Positions 19,950-28,942 of a stretch of DNA of 64,000 bases are shown piece by piece. Position 1 is the first letter of the stretch. Each line of letters begins with the position of its first letter. This stretch comes from Acidobacteria bacterium UBA2990 (lineage in GTDB: Bacteria > Acidobacteriota > Vicinamibacteria > Vicinamibacterales > UBA8438), in assembly GCA_002347025.1 (NCBI GenBank), contig DEAE01000002.1, positions 91,544-155,543 on the forward strand. The letters run 5' to 3'. The notes under the pieces are model-generated. The model saw only the letters and a program-made list of their open reading frames with translations. It searched no databases and was not told the origin of the DNA. The translations under genes and the position numbers were made by a program.

Positions 19950-20942
19950 ATGTTAACTATGCCGGTGCAACACTTGAAAGGATTCGCGCTCGCTCTGGTT
20001 TTGTTGTTTAACCAGGCTTGCGAATCTGGCTCTGGAGCTGTCGAAACGACCGACCAGGTGGCTTCTTCATTGGAGATAGTCGACCTGGTAGGACAGATGC
20101 GTGACCTGGCTTGGGCCGAGCAGGTGGACGTGGCGCAGGCCCTTATCGAGAGCGAACGGTCCGGTCAGGATACCTCATCTCCAGGCTGGCTATTGGCGGT
20201 GTCTTGGCTCGGGCGGGGAGCGAGTTTCGCCGAGCGGTGGGATGTGGCCGAGCTCTATGCCCAGGAAGCCCATGATGGCAGCGTTGAGTTGTTGGCTCAC
20301 CGGGACCTTGACGCTGAGGGCCAATTGCCATTGGCTTTGGGGGCGGCAATTGAAGTTTTGGGGCACTCCAAAGAGGCTGCAGGCGAGCGTGTTGGAGCGG
20401 TTGATTTCTTGACTGCCCAGCGCGACCTCTACAGGGGCACGTCGATTGAAACCCGCATTCAGAAGAATGCGCTTCTTCTTAGTCTTGAAGGTCAGCCGTT
20501 TCCGGAACTAGACGTTGAACATTACCTTGGTGAGCGTCTGCTTTCGTCAGATAGTCTTGAAGGCAAGGTCGTCGTAGCCTTTTTCTGGGCGCACTGGTGT
20601 CCCGATTGCAAACGTCAGATACCGGTTCTAGAGCAAATCTACGAGACCTACGGCGATCAGGGCGTTGTGATTCTAGGCCCGACCCAGCTCTACGGTTATG
20701 TGGCACGTGGTCAGGACGCAACCCCTGAACAGGAACTTGAATATCTACGAGGAGCCTATCAAGAGCGTTTCCCGATTCCTTCGTGGATGAGTGTGCCAGT
20801 TAGTCAAGAGAATTTCCTTGAATTTGGAGTTAGCACTACCCCCACGCTTATTATCATTGACCGTGAGGGGACGGTTCGTCTTTATAATCCTGGAGATTTG
20901 CCATTTGACGAACTATCGGGTCACGTGGAACGGCTACTCTAG
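19950..20942 (+). CDS. TlpA-like thiol:disulfide oxidoreductase (thioredoxin fold) with an N-terminal helical domain, probable lipoprotein
   Basis: FFWAHWCPDCKRQIP (WCxxC) and TPTLIIIDREG. I trimmed the start to the ATG at 19950 (MLTMPVQHLKGFALALVLLFNQAC). Confidence 0.7.
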   Translation: MLTMPVQHLKGFALALVLLFNQACESGSGAVETTDQVASSLEIVDLVGQMRDLAWAEQVDVAQALIESERSGQDTSSPGWLLAVSWLGRGASFAERWDVAELYAQEAHDGSVELLAHRDLDAEGQLPLALGAAIEVLGHSKEAAGERVGAVDFLTAQRDLYRGTSIETRIQKNALLLSLEGQPFPELDVEHYLGERLLSSDSLEGKVVVAFFWAHWCPDCKRQIPVLEQIYETYGDQGVVILGPTQLYGYVARGQDATPEQELEYLRGAYQERFPIPSWMSVPVSQENFLEFGVSTTPTLIIIDREGTVRLYNPGDLPFDELSGHVERLL

Positions 20943-21024
20943 AACAGGTGGACATTCTGCTAGAGCCCTGGATGGCGGATCAGATTCCCATTGAGTATTT
21001 TCGTAATCTTGCTTTGTGCTGGAC

Positions 21025-21786
21025 TCAGTGGGTTAGTCCGTAGAGAAAATAGTTAACACCGATCTGGAACCCTGTGTTTTCGGCATCAATAGGAAAGAGG
21101 CCTCGTCCGGCAAGTTGCCAGTACTCGGCAAGGTTGGTGTTGTAGTTGACAATGGCCATAAGTCGACCGTTCGGGTCGTTGTTTTCGAAGACACCGAAGT
21201 ATTCTGGCGTGAGGCCTCCAAGGTGATGGTTGATCGGGTTAGGCGCGTCAATCTCTTCAAGTACGAAGAATGAATTAAAGATGGGATGAGTGGAATCCAG
21301 CGTCATGAGCTGAGCGTCTGGCAACACGCGTTTTAGCTGTGCCTCAAAATTAACCCATTGACGAGTCTCAAAGTCATTAAAGATGATGAAACCGCCTTTC
21401 TGCATGTAGGAACGAAGCACGACGGCTTGTTGGTCGGTCATCACCCAGAAACCAGGCTCCCACATCATCGCGACGGGGTGTTTGAAGAGGTCGGGGTCAT
21501 CAAGGGACAGTATGAGGCTGCCATTCGTTCGTGCGTTGACGGCCGTAAATTCCCCCACCACAGACATTAGATTCGCCTCTGCTCCAGGAAACTCATGTAG
21601 CCACATGTTGAAGCCTCGTCCAACGGGAGGAGAGCCATATGTGCCAGTGGTCCAGCGAAGACGTACGAAAGTCACACGGCCATCGTAGGGTAGCGCTGAT
21701 CGTCCCCAAGCTTGCTGAGCGGGTTGGGCCGCAATGGGTACCCAGCTGAGGACGAGCCCCATCATCACTAGTATTCTGGGAATCAT
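21025..21786 (-). CDS. DUF4159-like secreted protein
   Basis: Signal peptide plus the blocks WLHEFPGAEANL, GGFIIFNDFE and HPIFNSFF, as I remember them for DUF4159. Confidence 0.4.
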   Translation of the reverse strand: MIPRILVMMGLVLSWVPIAAQPAQQAWGRSALPYDGRVTFVRLRWTTGTYGSPPVGRGFNMWLHEFPGAEANLMSVVGEFTAVNARTNGSLILSLDDPDLFKHPVAMMWEPGFWVMTDQQAVVLRSYMQKGGFIIFNDFETRQWVNFEAQLKRVLPDAQLMTLDSTHPIFNSFFVLEEIDAPNPINHHLGGLTPEYFGVFENNDPNGRLMAIVNYNTNLAEYWQLAGRGLFPIDAENTGFQIGVNYFLYGLTH

Positions 21787-22009
21787 ATTAGGGTCCGTTT
21801 GATCACTGGTTACCTGAATCCAGTCGGTTCAATAATCACCCATGATGTAACGGTTCGCAACTGTCTATTGTCGGAGTTGAGACCGGTAGCGTTTTGGAGT
21901 GAGCCACATTGCCTCTGAAGTGCTTCTGTCAGATGGTAGGAAGCTTTATGACCTCTAGTTGGTAAGATCTTGGTTGTTGATCGGGACTAGCAGGTTATGG
22001 GGGAGTTCT

Positions 22010-23387
22010 ATGACAGGCCGGCAGGGAGGTCTCGTTGTCGTGTTTTTGGTTCAGGTGTTTGTGGTTGTTGCGACAGCTCAGCAGGGCGCGACCGGAGGAG
22101 AGTGACGCGACTATTTCAAGGGCCATGCCGCCCGGATGGGCCCGTGCGTATGATGCGAAGACTGGTCGACACAAATGGGATTTCCATACCGTGCCTCAGA
22201 GTGCGGACGAATACGGAGCTGATACCTGGTTGAACGACTCATGGCGAGAGGCTGGCAATACCAACATTTGGTCGATCATGAGCGGAGACCCGGAATTGGG
22301 GTATGTCTACCTGCCGATTGGGACCCCAACTAGCGACTATTATGGCGGCCATCGGCCTGGTGATAATTTATTTGCTGAGAGTCTTGTTGCGGTAGATGTT
22401 GAGACGGGTCAGCGGCAGTGGCACTTTCAAATGGTGCACCATGGGTTGTGGGATTATGACAATCCAGCAGCGCCCAATTTGATTGATGTGATGGTTGAAG
22501 GTCGGATGGTTAAGGCTGTTGCCCAGGTGACCAAACAAGGCTACCTCTATGCCTTTGACCGGGTGACCGGAGAACCTATCTGGCCGATCTTGGAACGGAC
22601 GGTGTCTACCGATACCGACCTGGTTAGGGAAACCCCATCTCCGACACAGCCCTTTCCGACTAAGCCGCCACCCTTTGAGTACCAGGGGACCTCTATCGAG
22701 GACCTTGTAGATTTCACCCCTGAGATCAGGCAACTAGCGATAGAGGCAGTGGAGGGTTTCCGGCTCGGGCCGTTGTATACCCCCAACAGTATGGCTGGGA
22801 CGGTCTTTCGACCCAGTATCGGTGGTGGTGCGAACTGGTCTGGGGCTGCGGTCGACCCCGAGTCTGGTCTCTTGTATGTCACCTCCAGAAATGCACATTC
22901 TGTGATGGGCTATCGAGAACCAGGTCCCGAGGAAGAATCAACGCTTCGCTATATTGTGGAATTTGGACGTCAGGGACCCCAAATGCCTCAGGGATTACCT
23001 CTATGGAAGCCGCCTTATTCACGTGTCACGGCTATCGATATGACGCGGGGTGAGCACACCTGGATGGCACCACTTGGGAATGGCGACCGATACCGCAATC
23101 ATCCAATGCTGCGTGGCCTCAACTTACCGCCACTCGGCGGAGACGGACGGGGGTCCCCACTGCTTACGAGCACCCTTCTAGTGGTGCCCGTGACTGCAGG
23201 TGGTAAGGATGGTGGTCCTCGCTTGGTAGCCTACGACAAGGGGACGGGCCAAGAGTTGGGTTCGGTTGACCTTCCTGGAGGAGCTTTGGGAGCACCAATT
23301 GGCTATATGTTGGAGGGCAAACAGTACATTGCGGTGACAGTTGGGGGCGAGGTGCCGGGCTTGGTCTCGTTCGGGCTTCCACACTGA
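22010..23387 (+). pseudogene. PQQ-dependent dehydrogenase remnant: signal peptide, premature TGA, deletion and frameshift, then the C-terminal ~430 aa of the propeller
   Basis: ATG at 22010 (after GGGGGAG) encodes MTGRQGGLVVVFLVQVFVVVATAQQGATGGE, then TGA at 22103-22105. The long ORF (22035-23387, another frame) begins inside the propeller at RAYDAKTGRHKWDFHTV...GDPELGYVYLPIGTPTSDYYGG. This aligns with roughly residue 210 onward of the intact PQQ enzyme at 32377-34080. Confidence 0.6.
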
Positions 23388-23585
23388 ATCTCGGCGAGTC
23401 TTTCCCGTTACCGTCTACAAGCCACAGTCTGGGAGCATTTGGTGACTAAAATAGGCGATTGCGTAACAGTCTCGCCGTGGACCGGCAGGGGCGAGTCGGT
23501 TTCCCGTAATGGGGTCTGCCATGTCGGGCAGGCTTAAGCTAGCGACATATTGCGTTAAGCCATTGACCCTCGTCGACCGGGTTGG

Positions 23586-24230
23586 TCACATCCACACCTG
23601 CTGAGCATCCGGGTCATCCTCTGAGGCCGGTGTCGCTTCGACTTGGAGCCTCATAGTGTCGTTTACCACGATGGTTTTGGGCGCGGCCGTGTAACCGCGC
23701 TTCCATACTTGCAGTTTGTGGTGTCCCGTGGGCACCGCTAGCCACGCCAATCCTTCCTCATCGGTGATGGCGCGATAGATGCCAAGGTTGACCTCGGTGT
23801 GCTTCAGGGGGGTTCCGGTCGTCTCTCCAATCACCAAAATCGTGACCTCGTGTTCGGGTGGTCTGGCGGCTCTGAAGCTGAAATTAGCAGAGGTGTTTGG
23901 GTGTTGAGGTCCAACGTCTGATGGCACCGTTTCTATAGTCCAGTGGTGCACGCCTTCACTACTTGGGGCGACCAGCTCTACCCGGCTGACGTAGAGTGCT
24001 GTCGCTTTAGGCCAGGGTTTCTCTTCCAGCGTGCCTCGGCCGATGCCGAGTCCCTCCTGGTTCCTGATCGTGACCGATCGTCCAGCTAACCGGCAGCTGG
24101 CCGTGCATTTGATTCCGACCATAACTGAGAAATATGTTTCCGTCACAGCTGGTGAAGGTACATCCCAGACGGCGATGCTCATTCGGTGTGGAACGTTGTC
24201 TGCTGGAGAACACTTATCCATATCCATCAC
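23586..24230 (-). CDS. Hypothetical protein with a C-terminal carboxypeptidase-regulatory-like beta-sandwich; no signal peptide
   Basis: 214 aa, with VTILVIGETTGTPLKHTEVNLG...GHHKLQVWKRGY resembling a CarboxypepD_reg fold. It lies 33 nt downstream of the Tat flavoprotein gene. Confidence 0.35.
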   Translation of the reverse strand: MMDMDKCSPADNVPHRMSIAVWDVPSPAVTETYFSVMVGIKCTASCRLAGRSVTIRNQEGLGIGRGTLEEKPWPKATALYVSRVELVAPSSEGVHHWTIETVPSDVGPQHPNTSANFSFRAARPPEHEVTILVIGETTGTPLKHTEVNLGIYRAITDEEGLAWLAVPTGHHKLQVWKRGYTAAPKTIVVNDTMRLQVEATPASEDDPDAQQVWM

Positions 24231-24263
24231 TTACGCCTTATCCCTTTGCTGCCCATCTGCAGG

Positions 24264-25946
24264 TCAAACGTTGCCTCCATTTACGGCTGCATCCCGTCCA
24301 GCAATGCGGCCGAAAACAAGGCATCGCCCAAGTCCATGTTGGGCGAATCCCCCCTGCGACTCACCCGCGCAGTAGAGCCCAGGGATGACCTGTCCCCGGG
24401 TGTCAATGACTTGCGCTCTGGTGTTTGTTCGAAGGCCAGTGAGTGAGTCGTGCAAGATAGGTGTGGACCACGCGGCAAAGAATGGTGGTGTCTGAATCTT
24501 GTATCGCGGATTGGGTTTCTGAAAATCTGGATCTTCCCCCTGGTCCACGAACGAGTTGTAACGGGACACGGTCTCTTGGAGCACCGCTCCGGACATCGGT
24601 TTCGCCTGGTAGGGATTAGTAATTCGGCCGGCCAGCTCCGCGATGGTATCCGCGGTGAAGAAATAACCGTCTGGGTCGATGTTAGGCGGTCGTGGGTCCC
24701 ACTCCTCTCTGGTCACGGCGTCACTATCGAAGATTGCCCAAATCGGACCTCCCCCATTTGGCCGGGCGGAATTGCCGTTATATGCCATTGCGGCTGCGAA
24801 GAAGTCGTAACGGGCATCTAACTCGTTCCAGAATCTCCGACCGACTTGGTTCACAAGAATGACCTCCTGCCAATTGGTTACGGTCAGTCCGGATGCGCGC
24901 GCGCTCTCGAAGACTCGTCTACCTAGGGCGGAACCGCTCAGGTACTCCTCTCCCCAAATCAAACTGTTGTATCCATATCGACATCCGATATGACGGGTCT
25001 TTGAGATGGCGATGCCGGATTCAGCTGTTTGGTTGGCCGTCGCCCACAAGCCTGCGCCAATGTCGAGGGCAGCGAGTTCCCCATCGCCACTTTGTCTAGA
25101 CCACGGCTCACCCGCTACTTGGTACTCTTCAGTCAGACGGGGATCGAACGTTCGACGGAGGGTCACGTTGCTTGAGCTGCCGCCAGTCGCTATGAGGACA
25201 CCCTTTCGGGCTCTAATGTTTACTGTACGGCCTTCATGTAGTGCTGTGACACCTAACACTCGCCCTGAGTGTGGTCCTTCTCGGACGATGCTAGTCATCT
25301 TGTGACGAAGACGGATGTCGACTCCTTTTGCCCGTGCGCTGGTCTCTAGGGCGCGAACGAGACCAGACCCGACTCGCGTCGGATAATCCGTCACGCGTTC
25401 GCTGGCGACGGGCCACTGCACCGTCCGCTGTTGCCGGCGGACAGTCGAGGCTCCTGTCGGACCCGTGAGGTGGTCCTGGAACTGCACACCATTTTCTAGA
25501 AGAAACTCAAAGGTTGGAGCATTCTCGTCGGCAAAGGTTCTGACGAGCTCGCGGTCGCTGTAGCGGCTTTGGCCATGGTCGTGGCGAACCCAATCAATGA
25601 AGACCTGTTCTGCCGAATCTGTCACGCCGTGTTGCTCCTGATTGCTCGTTCCGCCGCCCAGATGGACCTGGCCACCCGAGCACATCCCATGGCCTCCGAT
25701 ATCCACGTTTTCTTCCACCATGATTACTGATGCTCCATGGTCGAGCGCCGAGACGGCGGCGGCTAGGCCGGCGGTCCCGGCTCCAATGGTCACAAAGTCG
25801 GTGGAGAGGTCCCAGTAGTTCTGAGCTTCGGCCGTGTTGGGAGTCAGGGCGGTCAGGGTGGTTGCACCGACACCGGCTGTCGCGCCGGTTTTTAGAAAAT
25901 CTCTTCGGCTGGGGACTGAGTTGGCCTTTGTTTTAGGTTTCTCCAT
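24264..25946 (-). CDS. Tat-exported FAD-dependent oxidoreductase (fumarate reductase / 3-ketosteroid dehydrogenase flavoprotein-like)
   Basis: Twin-arginine signal SRRDFLKTGATAGVGATTLTA, FAD fold DFVTIGAGTAGLAAAVSA and C-terminal GLYCAGE. I trimmed the start to the ATG at 25946 (MEKPKTKANSV). The track extends it to 26120. Confidence 0.7.
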   Translation of the reverse strand: MEKPKTKANSVPSRRDFLKTGATAGVGATTLTALTPNTAEAQNYWDLSTDFVTIGAGTAGLAAAVSALDHGASVIMVEENVDIGGHGMCSGGQVHLGGGTSNQEQHGVTDSAEQVFIDWVRHDHGQSRYSDRELVRTFADENAPTFEFLLENGVQFQDHLTGPTGASTVRRQQRTVQWPVASERVTDYPTRVGSGLVRALETSARAKGVDIRLRHKMTSIVREGPHSGRVLGVTALHEGRTVNIRARKGVLIATGGSSSNVTLRRTFDPRLTEEYQVAGEPWSRQSGDGELAALDIGAGLWATANQTAESGIAISKTRHIGCRYGYNSLIWGEEYLSGSALGRRVFESARASGLTVTNWQEVILVNQVGRRFWNELDARYDFFAAAMAYNGNSARPNGGGPIWAIFDSDAVTREEWDPRPPNIDPDGYFFTADTIAELAGRITNPYQAKPMSGAVLQETVSRYNSFVDQGEDPDFQKPNPRYKIQTPPFFAAWSTPILHDSLTGLRTNTRAQVIDTRGQVIPGLYCAGESQGGFAQHGLGRCLVFGRIAGRDAAVNGGNV

Positions 25947-26421
25947 CCTTCTGTTTAGCCTCCGTGTGACATGCATGCGAGCTAGTGGCTCGACATGGAT
26001 CGTCTCGAGAACAAGGTTGTGTCGATTTAATCCTGCAAAAAAGTGTCCGGCTTGGCTGGTCCCAGTGATGCTCCAATCATTGGCCTCGGTTGGTTCACGG
26101 AGAATCTTTCGGGAAACCAAGGCGCCGAACTTACTGCGCGAAATACTGTCAACGGGAAATCGCCCTATTGTCTCACTTCAGGACCGTTCCTTAGTATCTC
26201 AAAATTTTCTGGTTAGGAAGGTCGCTGTATTGAGCTTGACCTCAGGAGAATTTTGGTTGGCTGGCTCGGTCCTGCGGTTGTCTCTGAATACTGAGGTTCA
26301 CTTGACGGATTCTGGAAGCGCCCCTACACTTTACCTAGCGATTCAGATGTTGGTGTTCTGGGGCTTGGATCTGGCCGGATGGAGACCCGCTGGTGTCCGG
26401 TCGGTGGGCCAGGAGGGCAGG

Positions 26422-28896
26422 ATGTTGAGACTGGCTGGGCGCATACTGTGGCCGTCGTTTTTCGCCTTAACAGCGATAGTGGTTTTAGGTACGGTCGGCA
26501 TGGAGGCTGCCGGTCCGCAGGGTTCAGCGGGTGCGGGTTCGTCTGTAGCTGCCTCCACTGGCTCACCAGACCCTCGGGGTCTTCTCAACGAGTATTGTGT
26601 AGCTTGCCATAACGAGAGGTTGCGGACTGCCGGCCTGAATCTTGACACGGTTGACGTTGCGGATATTGGGGCGACGGCCGAGACATGGGAAAAGGTGGTG
26701 GGCAAGCTGCGCAGTGGCGCGATGCCCCCGCCCGGACGGCGTCGCCCGGACTCCGCGACGTTCGATGTGTTTGTGGCGTGGCTGGAAGGCGAGCTTGACT
26801 TGGCTGCGGCAGCCGATCCGAATCCTGGCCGTCCCGTGGACCATCGTCTAAACAGGTTTGAATATAGCAATGCCGTTCGCGATCTGTTGGCGCTCGAAAT
26901 CGATGCTGAGTCTCTATTGCCAGCTGACGAATCCGACCACGGCTTTGACAACATTGCTGAGGTCCTCTCGATGTCCCCGACGCTTTTGGGCCGGTATATG
27001 GTGGCGGCTCGTAAAGTTAGTCGTCTGGCCATCGGAGACCCGACCCTAGGGCCTGCAATAGAAACCTTTGACTTGTCGCGCGGCCTTCGACAAAACGAGC
27101 GAATGAGCGAAGGCTTGCCCTATGGCACACGGGGTGGCATGGGGATTCAGCATTACTTCCCCCTCGATGGCGACTATGTCGTAAAAATTCGGTTGGGGCG
27201 GAACTTTACCAATTCACAAATACGGGCAATCCGTACGCGAGAAGAGGTCGACGTATTGCTCGATGGTGTGCGGGTCGAGCGATTTCAGATAGGCGGAGAG
27301 TGTGTGGATTCGGATGATCCAAATTGTGCCGGATCGGGAATTTACCGAACCTCGCGATACCAGTTGACGGCAGATGAAGCCTTGGAGGTTCGGTTTCCTG
27401 TTACAGCGGGCATGCACACGCTTGGTGTCGCTTTTGCTAGGAAGAGTGTGTTGACCGAAGGTCCAGCCCCGCCTTTGCTTCCACCACGGCATACGAGTTC
27501 GACCTATGAAGCCCCTCGGATGGATGTCGATTATGTGCGTTTGGAGGGGCCGTTTGATCCGACTGGTCCTGGCGATACCCCAAGCCGACGCAGGGTCTTT
27601 GTGTGTCGGCCTACGAGCCTTAGCGATGAAGAGCCCTGTGCCAGGGAGATATTGGAAACGCTTGCCCATCGTGCTTACCGTCGTCCAGCGACTCAGTCAG
27701 ACGTCGACACTTTGTTTGAGTTTTACCAGATCGGTCGAACCGAAGGCGATTTTGAACGAGGCATTCAGGAGGCATTGGCACGTTTGCTGGTATCTCCCCA
27801 GTTTCTATTCCGCATCGAACGAGATCCGGTCGAGGTTTCTCCTGACGGGATTTATAGCATCAGTGACCTCGAGCTAGCATCCAGGCTCTCATTCTTCCTG
27901 TGGAGTAGCATCCCTGATGCCCAACTGCTTGAGGTGGCAGCGCGTGGAGCACTCAGGACGCCCGGTGAGCTAGAGTCACAGGTAGAGCGCATGCTTGCCG
28001 ATCCACGGGCATCAGCCTTGGCTAGAAATTTTGGTGGTCAGTGGCTGTTTATTCGGAACTTGCAAGCGGTTGACCCAGATGCCAGTTCGTATCCCGAGTT
28101 TGACGACAACTTGCGTGTTGCCTTTCAGCGAGAAACAGAGTTGTTTCTGGAATACCAACTTCGTGAGAATAGGCCACTAGAGGAGTTGTTGACAGCAGAC
28201 TACACGTTTGCAAATGAGCGTTTAGGGCGCTTTTACGGACTCAACAATGTTTATGGTGCCCATTTTCGACGTGTCCCGTTGGACGGGACGCAGCGGGCTG
28301 GGTTGCTCGGGCATGGGAGCATCCTGACGGTCACGTCTTATGCAACCCGGACGTCGCCAGTGGTTCGAGGCAAGTTCTTGCTGGATAACATCCTGGGGGC
28401 CCCGCCCCCGCCCCCGCCCCCGAATGTTCCACCTCTCGAGGAAGAGGCTGAGACGGGGCAGGCGCTGGCTTCGATTCGTGAGCGGATGGAAGCCCATCGA
28501 CAGAATGCGGCATGCGCAGCCTGTCATACACGTATGGACCCGCTGGGTTTTGCGTTGGAGAATTTCGACGGCATAGGTCGGTGGCGTACGATGGACGGTG
28601 ACACTGAAATCGATGCGTCTGGAGTGTTGCCAGACGGAACGAAGTTCACTGGTCCAGAAGACTTTCGCGATGCTCTGTTAAAGCACCGCGAGGAGTTCGT
28701 CCGTACCGTCACGGAAAAACTCTTAACCTATGCCCTTGGCCGAGCGGTTCAGCATTACGACATGCCGGCCGTGAGGAGCATTTTGCGGGAAACAGGTTCT
28801 AGCCCCAGTTGGTCATCATTAGTTCTGGGTATTGCAAAGAGCCAACCGTTTCAAATGAGAAAGACACACGAGGTTGTGGGAGTGGCTGAGGAATAG
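26422..28896 (+). CDS. DUF1592/DUF1585/1587/1588/1595-type (planctomycete PSD/PSCyt) protein with two CxxCH motifs, copy 1
   Basis: The ATG at 26422 is preceded by AGGAGGG. Signal/TM sequence is ILWPSFFALTAIVVLG. Motifs are YCVACHNERLRTAGLNLD...LRSGAMPP, LASRLSFFLWSS, GAPPPPPPPNVPPLEE and HRQNAACAACHTRMDPLGFALENFDGIGRWR. The track ORF (from 25834) is over-extended. Confidence 0.75.
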   Translation: MLRLAGRILWPSFFALTAIVVLGTVGMEAAGPQGSAGAGSSVAASTGSPDPRGLLNEYCVACHNERLRTAGLNLDTVDVADIGATAETWEKVVGKLRSGAMPPPGRRRPDSATFDVFVAWLEGELDLAAAADPNPGRPVDHRLNRFEYSNAVRDLLALEIDAESLLPADESDHGFDNIAEVLSMSPTLLGRYMVAARKVSRLAIGDPTLGPAIETFDLSRGLRQNERMSEGLPYGTRGGMGIQHYFPLDGDYVVKIRLGRNFTNSQIRAIRTREEVDVLLDGVRVERFQIGGECVDSDDPNCAGSGIYRTSRYQLTADEALEVRFPVTAGMHTLGVAFARKSVLTEGPAPPLLPPRHTSSTYEAPRMDVDYVRLEGPFDPTGPGDTPSRRRVFVCRPTSLSDEEPCAREILETLAHRAYRRPATQSDVDTLFEFYQIGRTEGDFERGIQEALARLLVSPQFLFRIERDPVEVSPDGIYSISDLELASRLSFFLWSSIPDAQLLEVAARGALRTPGELESQVERMLADPRASALARNFGGQWLFIRNLQAVDPDASSYPEFDDNLRVAFQRETELFLEYQLRENRPLEELLTADYTFANERLGRFYGLNNVYGAHFRRVPLDGTQRAGLLGHGSILTVTSYATRTSPVVRGKFLLDNILGAPPPPPPPNVPPLEEEAETGQALASIRERMEAHRQNAACAACHTRMDPLGFALENFDGIGRWRTMDGDTEIDASGVLPDGTKFTGPEDFRDALLKHREEFVRTVTEKLLTYALGRAVQHYDMPAVRSILRETGSSPSWSSLVLGIAKSQPFQMRKTHEVVGVAEE

Positions 28897-28942
28897 CGAG
28901 GATCGCGTTGCCATTTGGCGTCCCTGGTGGAGGAATATTTAC

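Noticed and set aside
22103-22105. In-frame TGA in the PQQ dehydrogenase remnant as Trp or Sec recoding
   Set aside because: TGA is used as an ordinary stop by many genes in this window (for example qhpA and the second DUF1592-type gene). No SECIS-like hairpin follows it, and the frame also breaks within about 40 nt. A nonsense mutation plus deletion is the simpler reading.
25947-26120. 58-codon extension of the Tat flavoprotein ORF
   Set aside because: Tat signals sit near the true N-terminus, and the MEKPKTKANSVPSRRDFLK start at 25946 fits. A start at 25976 (MHVTRR...) cannot be excluded.
25834-26421. 196-codon N-terminal extension of the DUF1592-type ORF (track start 25834)
   Set aside because: The extension overlaps the 5' end of the divergent FAD oxidoreductase gene and has no signal or motif. 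An ATG at 26422 with an AGGAGGG RBS gives a protein that starts with a signal/TM segment, like the other two paralogs.
28396-28425. CCCCCG hexanucleotide run as a phase-variation tract
   Set aside because: There are only about 3.5 repeat units and they are in-frame, so slippage would only change the Pro count. The tract is conserved at protein level in the paralogs with different codons.
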